Position numbers and translations under genes: made by a program
Part shown: positions 22,601 through 35,752 of the stretch, piece by piece
Layout: each line of letters starts with the position of its first letter
Position numbering within the stretch: the first letter of the stretch is position 1
Notes under the pieces: model-generated
What the model was told of the DNA's origin: nothing
The model's input: the letters and a program-made list of their open reading frames with translations, nothing else
The model's database searches: none
NCBI GenBank assembly: GCA_964247055.1
Contig: OZ176053.1
Coordinates: forward strand, 4,092,001 to 4,156,000
Direction of reading: 5' to 3'
Source of the DNA: Paragordius varius
Taxonomy: Eukaryota; Animalia; Nematomorpha
DNA length: 64,000 nucleotides

Positions 22601-25600
22601 GTTATTTTATATTATAAAAAAATATATAAATATTTAAATTTGCTTATTTAAAAATTTAAAATGTTAAACATGCATCCTTAAAACATTAGCATTTTAAGCA
22701 TATCCAGTTATTTCGAAAAAGAAAATAATCCAACTTTTTATTAAATATTCAATTATCCCATGTATGTGAACTAAAATGAAAAAATTTTATAATTGGATAT
22801 TTCAATGATCAAAGAAAGTGTAAAAGAAACAGGAAAAATTTTATTTGAAATATCCAGTATTAAAAGCGAGGTATTTGAAAATTTAGAAGTAATTTCATAA
22901 TCCAATATCGCATGGTATTTACTTAGATAAAGTGGTCATGACCATCATCTGACCGGACTTTTTTGAAAAAGCAGTCAAATGCACAACCCTAGTTGTACTA
23001 CTATTTTAACATTTTTTTGTTTTGAATGATAGGTATTTATAATGGGCTTTGGTTGATTTAAGTGTTTTTTATAATATATCTGGTAATAATAGTTTAATAA
23101 CCAATATTTTACATAATTTAACAGTTCGAATTGAGAAGTGATTGCCTAAATTAATTAATAACTTATGTGAAATTTGTGTAATTAAACGTTTGTTGTGATT
23201 AAAATACCTGATTCTCGAAATATATTGTTCTGTTGGTATGATTAATGTAGTTTAAAATATTTATATAATAATAATATGATAAAAATTATTTTTAGAAGAT
23301 ATAATATTTTGATTTTTAAATTGAATATTATTTAAATTATAAAAAATATTAAAGGATTAATTATTTTCTATAACCCGTATATTTTTAATTCGGTGTTTCT
23401 ATGTAATTTGATAAATGTTAAAAAACGTATTATTCTATCAAAAACAAAAGCCGTACCATATTAGTGCGATTATCCTTCCGAAATTTAAATTGTTAGATAT
23501 AGGTCACTATTAAAAATAATTTTTTTCCTTCCCAATATATTTAGATGAGGAACAATTACAACGAAAAACAACTGAATTGTCTAACCTTACTGAACTTTAT
23601 GAAGAAAAAGTTAGAGCATTAGAAGAAGCTAATCTTTTACAAGCGACGCTCAAGGGGCAATTTGAACAAAAAATCAGTTCTCTGGAAACGTCTAAAACGA
23701 ATTTAGATGAAAACATTAAAGAGATGACCACTAAGCATAAAATATCCACAGTGCAATATACGGAAAAACTTACATTAATTCAAGATCAACATAAAAAAGG
23801 TAAGGGGATACTAATTTGAATACCTTTTCAAAGTATTCTTTTTTAATTGATTTGAAATGTCTTATAAATGGGCTTGGGTTAATTTGTCCTATTTATTTTT
23901 AGTTAATTAGCAGTGAAGATTGAATCCATATCTATATCCTACAAAAAATGTGGAATGAAAACTAAGGCTGTGATAACTACGATTTAATGATGCACAATGA
24001 TTTGTTATTTCTAACAAAAATGAAAAAAATGATAAAAAACCATTTTTATTGGCTATAAATTGATTATAATAAAAATTATTATCGATACCCCTATTAATAA
24101 CAGAGTAGAACCTGTTTAGAAAGGGATTTGGTTTAAAACATAGTTTTTGGTCGCTGAGTACTTTTAGTATGTTTTAAAACATATCATAAATTTGAGGATA
24201 TTTATTTCTACAAATTTCAAATTATTTCCAAACTTCAATAAGAGTTTAGTGGATATATAAATCGTTATTTGATTTATTTTAATATATTTTTTGACAAATA
24301 AATCATTTTAACTTTAAAGGCAATTTCTTTAAACTAATATTAATCCTTTTAATAATGTCTATATCTAATAAATTTGATATTTCTTAATTGTATGTCATAT
24401 TATAACTGTGTAATTGAATAAAAAATGCCTCCTATTACCACAAACAAGAGTCTATCCATCATATTTTACCCAAAACAGTTTTAACTTTATATATATTTTG
24501 ATAAATTAAAATTGTGATTCTTTAATTTAGATGAGGAACAATTACAACAAAAATCTAATGAATTGTCTAGCCTTACTGAACTTTATAAAGAAAAAGTTAT
24601 AGCATTAGAAAAAGCTAATGATTTACAAGCGACGCTTCAAGAACAATATGAACAAAAAATCAGTGCGTTGGAAAAGTCCAAATTGAATTTGGATGATAAA
24701 ATAAAAGAAATTTCCGCGCAGTATAATACATCTATAGCGCAATATTCGGAAAAACTTAAATTGATGCAAGATCAACATGAAATAGGTAAAAAGATATGCA
24801 ATTCAATATACCTCACACCTTTTTTATCTTTATGATAAATAAATAATAAATGGGACCGGGTTATTTGAGTCATTTTTCTACAATCTATATGGTAGATAAA
24901 TGGAAAGGTGATAGCTAATATGTTAATTTATTTATTAATACATTTGAATATTTTTTTTACAAAAAAGTAAAATAAATTAACTTTTAGAACATTGATATAA
25001 TACAAACAAAACGTAGAAAACTAAGTACAATTTTTTTTAAAGAGACAACCATAAAACGTTTATTTTATATATAAACTATTATGCTATTTTATATATATGA
25101 TTGACTGTGTTATCAATTTGAGTCTCTATTTTATAATTTGCAATTTGAAATAATTATTTTCTTTAAACAAATCAAGTTTAAAAAAGACAGCGGTCCTTTG
25201 AAAATATTTGTCTTTATTTACTATTGTTTTCAATTTTTACTGTAAATCTATAATAGGCTATTGCTGCCTAAGCTGAAAATTATGGTAACTTAATTATCAT
25301 AAAAGGAATATAAATTTATTCTGTTATAAAAAAGGGTCTAATTTTGTCGAAATACCCTTCCAAAATTTTAATTTAATGCAATCAATTTTAGATGAGGCCC
25401 GATTACAACAAGAGACAAATAAATTGTCAAAACTTACCGAACTTTATGAGGAAAAGGCTAAAGCATTAGAAAACTCCAATGATTTACAAGCAACTCTTAA
25501 GGAACAATTTGAGCAAAAAATTAGTGCGTTGGAAACGTCTAAAACGAATATTGAAGAAAAATTAAAGGAAATGGCCGCTCAATTAGAAATATCTACAGCG

Positions 25601-28600
25601 CATTATAACGAAAAAATTAAATCGATACAAGATCTATACGAAATAGGTTAGGGGGATTTTTATGTATTCTATTATTATTATTACTTATGGCTTAGCAATA
25701 TTATTTTTAGTTTAAATTCCTACGAAGTTTGGTGCAATTAATTTATTATTCCAATTTATTTTTTCGAAAAGATTTGAAAATGAGTAAATTTCATTTTCAC
25801 CTCTAATTGTATAATTTAACTTACCCCATAAAAGCAATGATTTACACCTTTAAAAAATTATTTTAGAAGATCATTGAGATTTGAATACTTTATTATATAA
25901 AGTACACATTTTAATCGTAAAATATACAGAGCTTACAAAGTATGACAAGACTGTAATCAATCTAACAGCGGAATCGGAAAGTTATAAGGTTCAAAATATG
26001 GATTTGATTAGCCAAATTGATCAATTGAAAACAGAAACGTCTGAAAATTATACACAAATAAATGCGCTAAACGCAAATAAAGTTAATATTTATATTTTAA
26101 CTAATCTTGATTTGTTAAATTATAAGTATTAGACATACTTATTTTGTCCGATAATGCAATCAATTAATTAAATCGCCAATGATTATATATCTAAAGCAGG
26201 GGCGTCCAACACAAATGGCTTCACGGGCCGGATTCTAAAAATATATATGTAGTTTTAATTTGATTTTATCCCCAAGATTGTAAAAAATAGGAACATAATA
26301 AAACTATTTATTTTAACAATTTTTGCTATTGCATTGCCAAAATTTGGAAAAATATATTCAAATATGTATACAAAAATATCAATCTAACTTATATTTTGGA
26401 ATGTGTTGGTATTATTAAAAATTTTTACGGGCACAAAAATAGAGGGCCGACCCCTAATTTAAAGGTTTTCATTAAATATAAGTTGTTATGATTGTGGACC
26501 GGTTGAAATTCTAACCTCAAAACTTACTTTTGCCGTATGATATATTTTAACTACGTTAATAATCTAAACTCTTTTTCTCAGGTTATGGTTGAAGAGAAAC
26601 TTAAAGTAATACAACAAGAAAATGCTCTACTTATTACACAAATTGAATCTTTAACCCATTCCAAACATGGTTTAGAAAAATATTTAGAGGAAAAAACATC
26701 AACAATTGATAAGCTTACGGAAACAATTAAAGTAAAAGACCTGGTTATATCAAAAATGGCAGTGGAACCAGTGCAAGGTTTATGTAATATAAATTATATA
26801 GATTTACGATCCCACAAAAAATATCCCGGTCTTTTAAACTAAATATTGTTTAAATTTCATTTGTTAAAAACCTATTTAATTACTTATGGTATGTTAGAAT
26901 ATAAATAAAACAAAAATAGTCTCTAAAATGGGAAGACAAAAGCGTCTGATTGCCAAAGAGAATTAGCTGTAATAAAATGCTCAAAAATGTTATAAAAAAC
27001 AATAAAGAAAAATTTTTATAAGTTTATACTGATAGTTACTTATGGATCTTTGGAGAGATAACAGTTTTATTTCATAATATGACCATTACATTAACAAAAA
27101 AAACGATTATGCTTTACCGCAAAATATTTGACGTCAGGCATAATTATATATTTTATATTGTAAAAAGTGTTAAACATGTCACCCAAAAAACTTGAACGAT
27201 AAAATATAAGTTCCAAGTTAAAAACTAGTGGAATTGGTCAAGTTTGTGTTTGAGATTTTTACCAATGCAATATTTATAATTTGTAGTTGTCTAAAGCCGA
27301 GGCTAGAAACAAAGGACAAATAAATTTTCTCTAAAAAGTATTTATTATATCAATAACAAGGATTTAATGATAATATCAAAAGCGAGCCCTATAAGAATTA
27401 TTTATACTTTAATTGGATATTTAACAGCATGGAAGTAAAAATTGGTAATTAAAACCATTTATTGGTAATTTTCGAAAACTGACTAACTTTAAACCGTTAA
27501 AAATGTTAACACAATCATCCTGTAAGCTCTCTGATGTTTCTCACTTTAAAAAATAGCCTATTGTAATGCGACCTTAAAAAAATCTATTTTATTAAAATCT
27601 TTCAATCAATTATTTCGATAGTTTAACAATACAATATTTTATGACATTTGATTAATTCGATCTTTACATAAGATTACGTAGAAATATCTATTATTTATAA
27701 ATAGGCAACAATGAAAAACTTATTAAACCAATTTTAACCGATAATCTTATAGCCAATGAAATTCATAAAGCTCAGAACAACTTACCGAAATCTCAAACAC
27801 GAATAAAAACACCAAGTATGGAAAAGATGGTTTCCCCTACCGATATGTTGGCCTACAAAAATTTTATAAACGTTAGTTATCCCACGCTTCAATATGGAAT
27901 AACTAAAACAACACAAAACTCTGATGACTTAATCGCATCAAACATTAATTCAATAATCATTAATGATAAGCCAAATACTCAATCTACGTTAGAAAGACCT
28001 AGTAGAAAAACGGCACTTAATTTTTTCATAGAAAATACGCCTGATCGCTTTCATAAACCAAAAAATAGGGCTGTTACAAAAGAAGCTGGTAAAAACAACC
28101 ATATTACATCTTCGCAAACCATGTCACAGCCTAACAATTTAAATGTGTACCAAAATGGGTAAGACCGTAAAATTTAATTAAAAATTGCTCTATCTTTTTT
28201 AATAGTTCGATATGGCTTAAACTGCGTAGCCATTTTAGGTGATCTAATTAAGAGTTGCTTTTACAAATTTAAAATATACCTAAAGCAAATGCATTGCAAC
28301 AACCTTAATTTAATTTTTATATATAATTTAGTCATGCTTCATTGATGTCTGACGATCATAGCTATGAGAATGTATCCAAATATAAAACATTTAGTAAGGA
28401 TTAATTTGACAATTTTGCCTCATTTATTACGAATATTAATTTATTTTATATATTTCTCTCTGTTCGCAGACCTACCATTCAATCCAAACGGTGTACAGTG
28501 GAAGCCTATGTCGGATGTTTTGGATTTTCCAGAGATTTCGTGTAATTAATATATACTTAAAATAATGTTACGTTACGATCAAAAATTAATCGACCCTACC

Positions 28601-29507
28601 ACCTTTGAATGCAGTCATTTGTGGTCAAATTATCTAATTTGATACATTTAATATAAGTTCAGTCATTAAATTATATTAATTGTAATACTTGATATATATG
28701 TTTTAAAGGTTTTGACTGTTTATTTTTATAAGCAGTTAAAGTCGGAATCAATTCGGGTAGACAGAACCCTACTTTAAAAATTTATGAATATCACATGCTT
28801 TACGAAAAAAAATAGTTTATAGCGCCAAATCAACCCTAAATCAATCTGAAACGACGACAGGAAATGTATTTTCTCGAAAAGAATCCAACAAACCCAGCGA
28901 TATGCTTGCCGAAATCAATGGAAAAGATCGGATAGCTGAATTGAACAGAAGAAATACCTTATTAGCTCCACATCTAAAATCTACCTATCCATTAGAAATA
29001 CAATGTATTGAGGATTCTTCAATTTTTGAGGTGCCGTTCTTATTTTATTTGATATTTGAAAAATTTGTTTATATAAAAATAAAAGGGTTAAGTGTTGTTT
29101 TGAGTTTTACCCCTTTAAAAAAATTTTTAATGTCATCATTACATATTATTCTTTCTTTAGGTATAAAAACAATTTATAATGATTATATTATGATGTGCCA
29201 TATATAATATTTTTTAATTATTATAATCAATAAATTAATACCTACTATGTTTAATTATTTTAAGGATGAACAAAAAGCAAACCAAATGGAATCGTTGAAT
29301 GGAAACTTGGCAACTCCTCAAAACGCTAGAAAAATGGATAAAAGGTATATAATTATTATGTTACATAATTTTTATCCTATTTATTCTAATAGGCAGCATC
29401 CCAATTTACGGTATTTGACCCCTTCCAAATTCTTACCCTCTATCCGAAAAACATTTCACAAAAACTTTAAGGGTTTCAACATGAGAACCCCATCTAAAAA
29501 ATTATAA
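16690..29507 (+). CDS. NUMA1: NuMA/Mud-like spindle protein: N-terminal HOOK/CH-like domain, long coiled coil, NuMA C-terminal motif (24 exons, about 1495 aa)
   Basis: N-terminus LLEWVNTL...AKLLMILTY resembles NuMA LLSWVNSL...LAKMTMLLLY. C-terminal RIAELNRRNTLLAPHLKSTYPLE resembles NuMA RIAELQQRNRVCPPHLKTCYPLE. CDK-type TP motifs in the tail. My GT-AG exon chain sums to 4488 nt with all phases compatible. Confidence 0.75.
21815..21934. repeat. Short MITE-like inverted repeat in a NuMA intron
   Basis: 26-bp perfect arms GCAATAATTCAGCAAAAATTATATAA (21815-21840) and its reverse complement (21909-21934). Confidence 0.75.
22465..22991. mobile_element. hAT-type MITE, 527 bp
   Basis: Perfect 11-bp TIR TAGGGTTGTGC/GCACAACCCTA. 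Perfect 8-bp TSD GTTGTACT (22457-22464, 22992-22999). Subterminal GGTCATGACC repeats. Confidence 0.92.
26197..26456. mobile_element. hAT (Buster/Charlie-like) MITE, 260 bp
   Basis: Starts CAGGGGCGTCCAAC and ends GGCCGACCCCTA. The 8-bp flanks ATCTAAAG / ATTTAAAG match at 7 of 8 positions and have a central TA. Confidence 0.75.
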
Positions 29508-29631
29508 TTTATTAATTTTTATGTATAACAATTTAATTATATTTTTTAACATTAGAAAATGTTTTGTATTTATGTGACAATAAATAGACATTATTAATCA
29601 TAGTTGGATGTTTTTTGATATTTTTCAATAA

Positions 29632-32171
29632 TCAATCATACTCTGATCCGATGACTACGCTCATTTCATTTCCAATTACAAGAGTTTTGTGGTACCATTT
29701 ATTTGTGTCTAAAACAACTAAAAAACATAATATTTGGTTAATTTTTAAGGCCTATTCAATATAAAATAGAGTTAAAGTTAGACATTATTTATTAAATATT
29801 ATTAACTTGTCTCTCCAGGATTCACAGTTACCTCCAAACTCTTACATGTTAAATAACATTCAGGAGCTGGTTGTAAATACCAAGTTTTGGATCCTTTTAT
29901 CTGAGCTTGCCATGACGGCTTCCCTACATGATCAATCTATAAAATTAAATTCAAAAATATATTTTACTTAAAAACTGATCTATTTGAGATATAAAATGAA
30001 AAAAGAAACATGCATATGTGCTCCATATCCTGGACTTCCCATAAAAATCCAATCCGTTTTACTCGATTCTGACGTATTGGGTAAAAAGTATGGTCTGCCA
30101 TAATACGATCTCAGAATATTTGCTGCTTCCGGATCACAATTACTCCTGATTGAAAAATGAATGATAAATTTGAAAAAATATCTAAATATTATGAAGCAGA
30201 CTGTTAAAAACAAACGGGTTATATTTTATTAGGGAGGTTTATTTAGTAAAGCAATTTGAATAATAAGATTTCTTTATGAACTTTAGCTTCTAATTATGAG
30301 ATATGAACGTTTATTTAGTTTTAATTTAATATTTAACCATGTCAATTTATAAATAATTTTTAAAACCTTAAAATATATATAAAAGGTATTTTAATTATTA
30401 GGGAGTTAAAAAATAATTTAATCAATATTTCTTACCAACCAATGTACCATGGTTTGGAACCATCTTTTAACAGGGCCCTTTCGGGCGACATATCAAAAAC
30501 TTGGGATAGGCTTTTAAACTCCGTTTTGTACGGAAAGAATTGACAATTTTTACTGGATTTACTCAAAACGGGACTTCCTTCTCGATAAATATTTCGGAAA
30601 AAGTTCAAATCAAAATTATCGCCAGCCGTCCAATCTTTATGTTTTGTTAAAAATAATGATTAATATTTATCGCTTAATGTTTATAAGAAAATTGAGAAGG
30701 TGATGTATAGTATAAGAAAAAATGGATATGAAAAATCAAAATATATATATTTAATTAATGTAAGGAAATGTTTATTTTTTAATATTATAAAAAGATAAAT
30801 TTTATGTAACATAAGGTAACAATCTTTAACCCTAAAGACTATAAAAAAAATTATTTGTTAAACATATAATTGTTAGGTGATATAAAATTAAAAAGAAAAA
30901 AACTTATTTATAAAAGTATTACGGAATCTTTTTAAATTAGATAAATAAATTAACATTTTCAAGTATACTAATAATAATAGAGTTGATCATTGTGCCCATA
31001 TTAAATTGGTGGCGATTGATAATAAATTGTCACCAATAACGGTTATTTCAATATTTTATTTAAAAATATTTCAAATCATAAACGGCCACAAGGGTTACAT
31101 TTAGAGATATATAACCTCTTTGTCAATTCGTTCACCTGCCGGATTTTATGATATAAAAAGAATAGCAGTAATCCTTACACCAGGGGTGTCCAACACATGG
31201 ACCGCGGGCCGCATTCAGCCATCTGAGACATTATTTGCGGCCAACGAAAATTATGGATTTTATAATGACATGCTTACAAATCTTGGTAAAATTTAATTGG
31301 GAAGAACTAAAAACAATTGTTATAATGTGTTTTCATTTATACAACATTGATATTCGAAACGCGGTCCACGGGCCGCATGACTAAAAGCGCTTTTTATGAC
31401 TCTGAATTATTAATTAAATTTTTGATGAACTTATTTGAAGTATAAGTTTATGCAAATGTGTCAAACAATAAAATTTTTATCGGTATTATGGTATTTGGTA
31501 CAAGAAAAATATTTTTTTGGCCTTTTAATTTTTTTGGCGAGTCCACTATTATCTTTTACTTTCAAATTTTGGTGAATTTCATAAAAAAACACAATTTATA
31601 TTTGACATAAATTAGGATGAACCAATATTATAATCAAAATTCTGAGGTGATAGAAATTTTCGGCATCGTTAATCATATAGATAAAGTTTTTTTATAATTT
31701 ATAAAAGCGTACCGTTTCCTTCATTCCTAATAATAGGATGAAGTTCGCTTCAACAAAATTTTTCTAAAAATTAAATTTTTGAAAAAGTATGTTTTTTTAA
31801 ATTTTTTAAATGTTAAAATTTAGCATATATTTAAAAATTTTATCGCGCGATCCCGGCATATTAATGTTTATTTAAAAAACTAACCCATTTTAGAAAAGCA
31901 AAAAATTTTGGACTTTCGGTGCCTACATCCAAAAATTAAAATATTTTAAAAATATTATTTTGCTTTTAGGTATATATTATATATTTTAGTAATATTTTTT
32001 GGAATGAAGCATTTAGCTTTCAACAAAAAAATTTTATTACAAAAAATGAGTTCAAATTTAGCCATTTTCTGATATGGAGAACTTATCACAAAAAGGTAAA
32101 TAACTTTCTTATCACTCGTAAGGGCCAAAACCAAAAGCACCATGATAATCCTGATACATTTTCCTATCAGA

Positions 32172-32207
<36 letters not shown>

Positions 32208-33245
32208 TTCAACAGGTTATTTTTGGAAACAGTGTGCGGGTCAACTATATCATTTTAGTGACGCCAGAAACGTATCCGTTATATTTTTGGTAAAAAAGTC
32301 TTAATTTTTCTAAACTATCACATACCATCCAATGATTTCTTACATGGATATTAAATAAAAATAAATTACGTTTAGTGAAACCCGTTTTAATGCATTCAAA
32401 AAGCTATAATCTATAAAATTGCAAAAAATCGAGCGAGAAAAACATCCCTTAAATCAATTAATTTATTTAAAACTTTATTATGGAACTTTTTTGGACAAAA
32501 AATTTAATTTTATGACATTATGAATTTCTAAATAACAATAAGTTGACAGAAGTTGTGTTTGTACATTCACCGGGTGGTATATGTTAATAATGTAACAAAT
32601 CTATGAGTTTTTTTGAAAAATGGTTGAAAGTAAATTATGGCACTGTGCTAAATCATCAATGTTTTTTAGTTACTATTATTTAGAAAATAAACAAATAATA
32701 TTTTTGTACCGATATAATATTAAATAAATATTGTTAAAATTTCCTATCAAAAAGAAAAAAAATTTCTTTCACCATAGTGAAACGGTTTGTATGCAAATAT
32801 TTTCATAAGCGCAAAAATTGTTCTACAATTATTGCAATCGAATTATATATCAAACTATCAATTTATATGCGCATCGCGTATATAGTCCATCAATTCATAA
32901 AATAAACAAACATTTACTTTTCTGTGCATCTATTATAATTATCGGTTGCAATGAATAGGCATATTTTGTTTCAAATTCTTCCGGGCTTAAGTTTCGTAAT
33001 TTGGGAACGTTTGTAATGTATTTACATTTATTACAATCGACCGGGGGTCTAAACCAGTCTGCAAAATAACTAGGGGCCTCCACGCTACAATATTCTTCTT
33101 CGAGAATATATCCTTTCCAATACTCCACGTATATGCGTGCTAATAATTCCAAAGTCAATAATTTTAAGCTTTTATTTGAGTTTAAGATAAAAAGACCCGA
33201 TTGATATGCTAAAAAGCTGAACAATATTATAAGCGTATTTGACAT
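29632..33245 (-). CDS. Uncharacterised JmjC/cupin-superfamily Fe(II)/2OG oxygenase with N-terminal hydrophobic segment (5 exons, 292 aa)
   Basis: Exons 33245-32918, 30634-30436, 30145-30010, 29936-29807 and 29717-29632 sum to 879 nt in frame. Motifs RPPVDCNKC, CQFFPYKTEF, PWYIGWSNCD, DWIFMG, HMHIDH (HxD), SWQAQIKGSKTW and WYHKT (distal His). Confidence 0.8.
31181..31385 (+). mobile_element. hAT (Buster/Charlie-like) terminal fragment
   Basis: CAGGGGTGTCCAACACATGGACCGCGGGCCGCAT start, with the subterminal motif GCGGTCCACGGGCCGCAT repeated near 31360; right end not found. Confidence 0.55.
31660..32180 (-). repeat. Dispersed repeat, reverse copy of about 2650-3170, inside the JmjC gene's first intron
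   Basis: Reverse-complement matches such as CTTCAACAAAATTTT, AAATTTAGCATATATTTAAAA, ACTCGTAAGG..AAAACCAAAAGCAC.ATGA and TTTTCCTATCAG. Boundaries approximate. Confidence 0.65.
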
Positions 33246-34186
33246 TAATAAAGAAAACTTAGAAGCAAAATTATTAAATATTGGTAAATCACAATCCCAA
33301 AATCCTTGATTAAACGCTGTGCCTGGATTTAAGAATTAAAAAGATCTTATCTCTAATTAGATAGAGATTAAATTGTTATAATAATGATAGATTACTAATA
33401 TTGACTGTAAATATGAAATTGTTATTTGTTAATAATACTGTAAAATTGCAAATTTGTCAAAATTTATAGCTAGTTAATAGGAGAATAATTGCACACTACC
33501 AGAGTTTATTTTATACAAAAGTGGATCTATGATCTCACTTACTAAGCTAGTTGAGAAGGATCGAAAAATCATTTAATGGGATATTTTATTTTGTCATCAG
33601 CCCCTTCTTAGTAAATCTATAAAATCATCCAAGGTTAATTAGCAAAAATTGGTGCATGTTAAACGCTTAAATTATGAGGAACATCTCCTCATTCGAACAG
33701 TAATTATCCGTTAGATCTCGCTGCCTTGTGCCGACCTTTTTTGGCAGTGTATTGACCTAAAAAGCTGTACAAATTAAAATTTTCATTTATCAAATTAAAA
33801 AATTAATTTAGTGTTTTGTATATGACCGCATACGTCATTTGTTTAGCTGTCAGAAAAATTTGTTGCCTCATAAATATTGTGTGGATACTAATGGTATATT
33901 TTTTTTATTTAGTAGACGTATTTAAAAATATTAGGTTTTTAATCAAAGTAAAATAAGAATAGGGCCAGTATATATAACGTTTATTAAAATATTCGGAAAT
34001 AAGCCCTCTTTCTGTCAGAATATCAAAATAGTTTAAAATAATTATTAAACCTTAAACCTGGTTGATGTAAAGCGAATGTATTTTTTTGTCAAAAAAAGAT
34101 ATTTTCCTTTTTTTATAAAATTATTGAAGATATACCAAATTTCTGTCTGATAAAGTCATATGTTTATTATAAAAAGATCTGTTTAA

Positions 34187-34400
34187 CACTTTGATTGGAA
34201 TTGGAGTAGTGACCCCAGACTATACTTAAATTAATATTATTAAAAACTATTGAAAGCGACCGTTCCATTTTATACTTATGCTTCATCCCAATAAAAATTA
34301 TATAAATAAGCCAAATTATCCAAATATAGTATTGAAAATTAAAGCTCCATATCATACTACTTGAGGGCCATTTTTATTTTAGAATATTTTTGCAAAATAT
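34187..34400 (+). mobile_element. Left-end fragment of the piggyBac-like TTAA family
   Basis: TTAA|CACTTTGATT...GACCCCAGACTA, aligning to 2293-2500 and 40657-40870. Confidence 0.55.
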
Positions 34401-34593
34401 CGTGCCTTAGTGTTTCTAGCTAAAATTAATACTTCATGAATTTTTCACTTTATCCATGATAATATATTGGGGTAGTTTTTATCCCAGGGCTCAATCTTGC
34501 AAATAAACTATTACTAAGTTAAAACTAACTGATTAAACATTGCCCCGTATTGGATAAAAAAGCTTATATTTTTACAGATTGGAACTTCTAGAC

Positions 34594-34879
34594 CAGGAAT
34601 GCCCAACACAAATGGCTTACCGGGCCGCATTTTTGGTTCAAAAAAACAGCGGGCCACATTTGGAAAATATATGGACATAAACAAATATTTTATTAGATTT
34701 TAAATGTAAGAAGACTGTAAAAAAATATTTATTTTATTTTTGCTAGAGTTCATTGCCACTCGGGAAGATTTATCAGAAAATTGGTTTAAGATATTTTTCC
34801 TATATTTTGTAAAATGTTGCATTTGAAATTTTGCTAGGAGCGCATAAATTTTTTGGAGGCCCACGTGTTGGACACTATG
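34594..34879. mobile_element. Older hAT (Buster-like) MITE
   Basis: Left CAGGAATGCCCAACACAAATGGC, right GTGTTGGACACTATG. Left flank TTCTAGAC fits an nTCTAGAn target; the right flank matches 5 of 8 positions. Confidence 0.55.
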
Positions 34880-35752
34880 TTGCAGAGTTCGGAAGAGCCC
34901 CAACGATTGAAATAAACAACTGATTTTAAAATCAATGTATAACATTTTGCTGGTAAAATGCAACCTAAAAGTTCTTAAGTAAATTATTTATGTTGTCTAA
35001 CTATATATATATATACATTTATTTGTCTGTAATATTAGCAACGGCCAAAAAGTTTGTGATGGGGTTTTTTTTAATTTTATATATTTAAAAAAAATTATGT
35101 ATAATGCCCGTAAAAGGCCAAAGAAAGCATATTTAAAATTCGGCTCAATATAAATACTTTTTAGATATTCGAATTTCGATATAAAACTACCCAAACGGTC
35201 ATGGAATGTTAAAGTTGAAAAAAAATTATTTATATTTTAGCAAAAGTATTAATATACTTATTCGCTTATTAAAATGGGCCGTTTAAAAATTTAATCATTA
35301 AATTGCTTGACCACACCAGTAAAATATTAATCTGCTCAAATTGTATGATATATATTGATAAAATAATATAGCTATTACATATTTTGCAATTTAAAAACGT
35401 ACCAATAAAATTTATACTTAAAATATACCCTTCATATCTTCAAGTTGGTACCTTAATAGACGAGCTTGAATGAAAATATATATCTTGTAAAGTAGTTAGG
35501 TAAAAGAATTCACAACATTTTAATAAATTTTAATTAAGGAGAAAGCGAGCGTTAATTAGGACGAGGAAAATATTAAGAAGGGGTTTAAAATCATGAAGGG
35601 TGATTATGAATAAGTTAAGTGAATGGATGTTGACATCGAACTAACGTTTTTGCATTTCAAATGATTATGCATAAAATTTATGTATTTTTCAGTTTTTAGT
35701 ATATAGAACCTTTTATCTAGATCTAGGCCTATTTTATTGTATTTTATTTAAT

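Larger units (their letters stand above)
17893..26777 (+). repeat. Tandemly duplicated exon modules in the NuMA-like gene
   Basis: A exons: 17893-18144 (252 nt), 19583-19837, 21228-21482, 22175-22432 (258 nt), 23545-23799, 24531-24785, 25392-25646 (the rest 255 nt). B exons (152 nt): 18388-18539, 20123-20274, 25930-26081. C exons (196 nt): 18607-18802, 20446-20641, 26582-26777. Confidence 0.9.
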
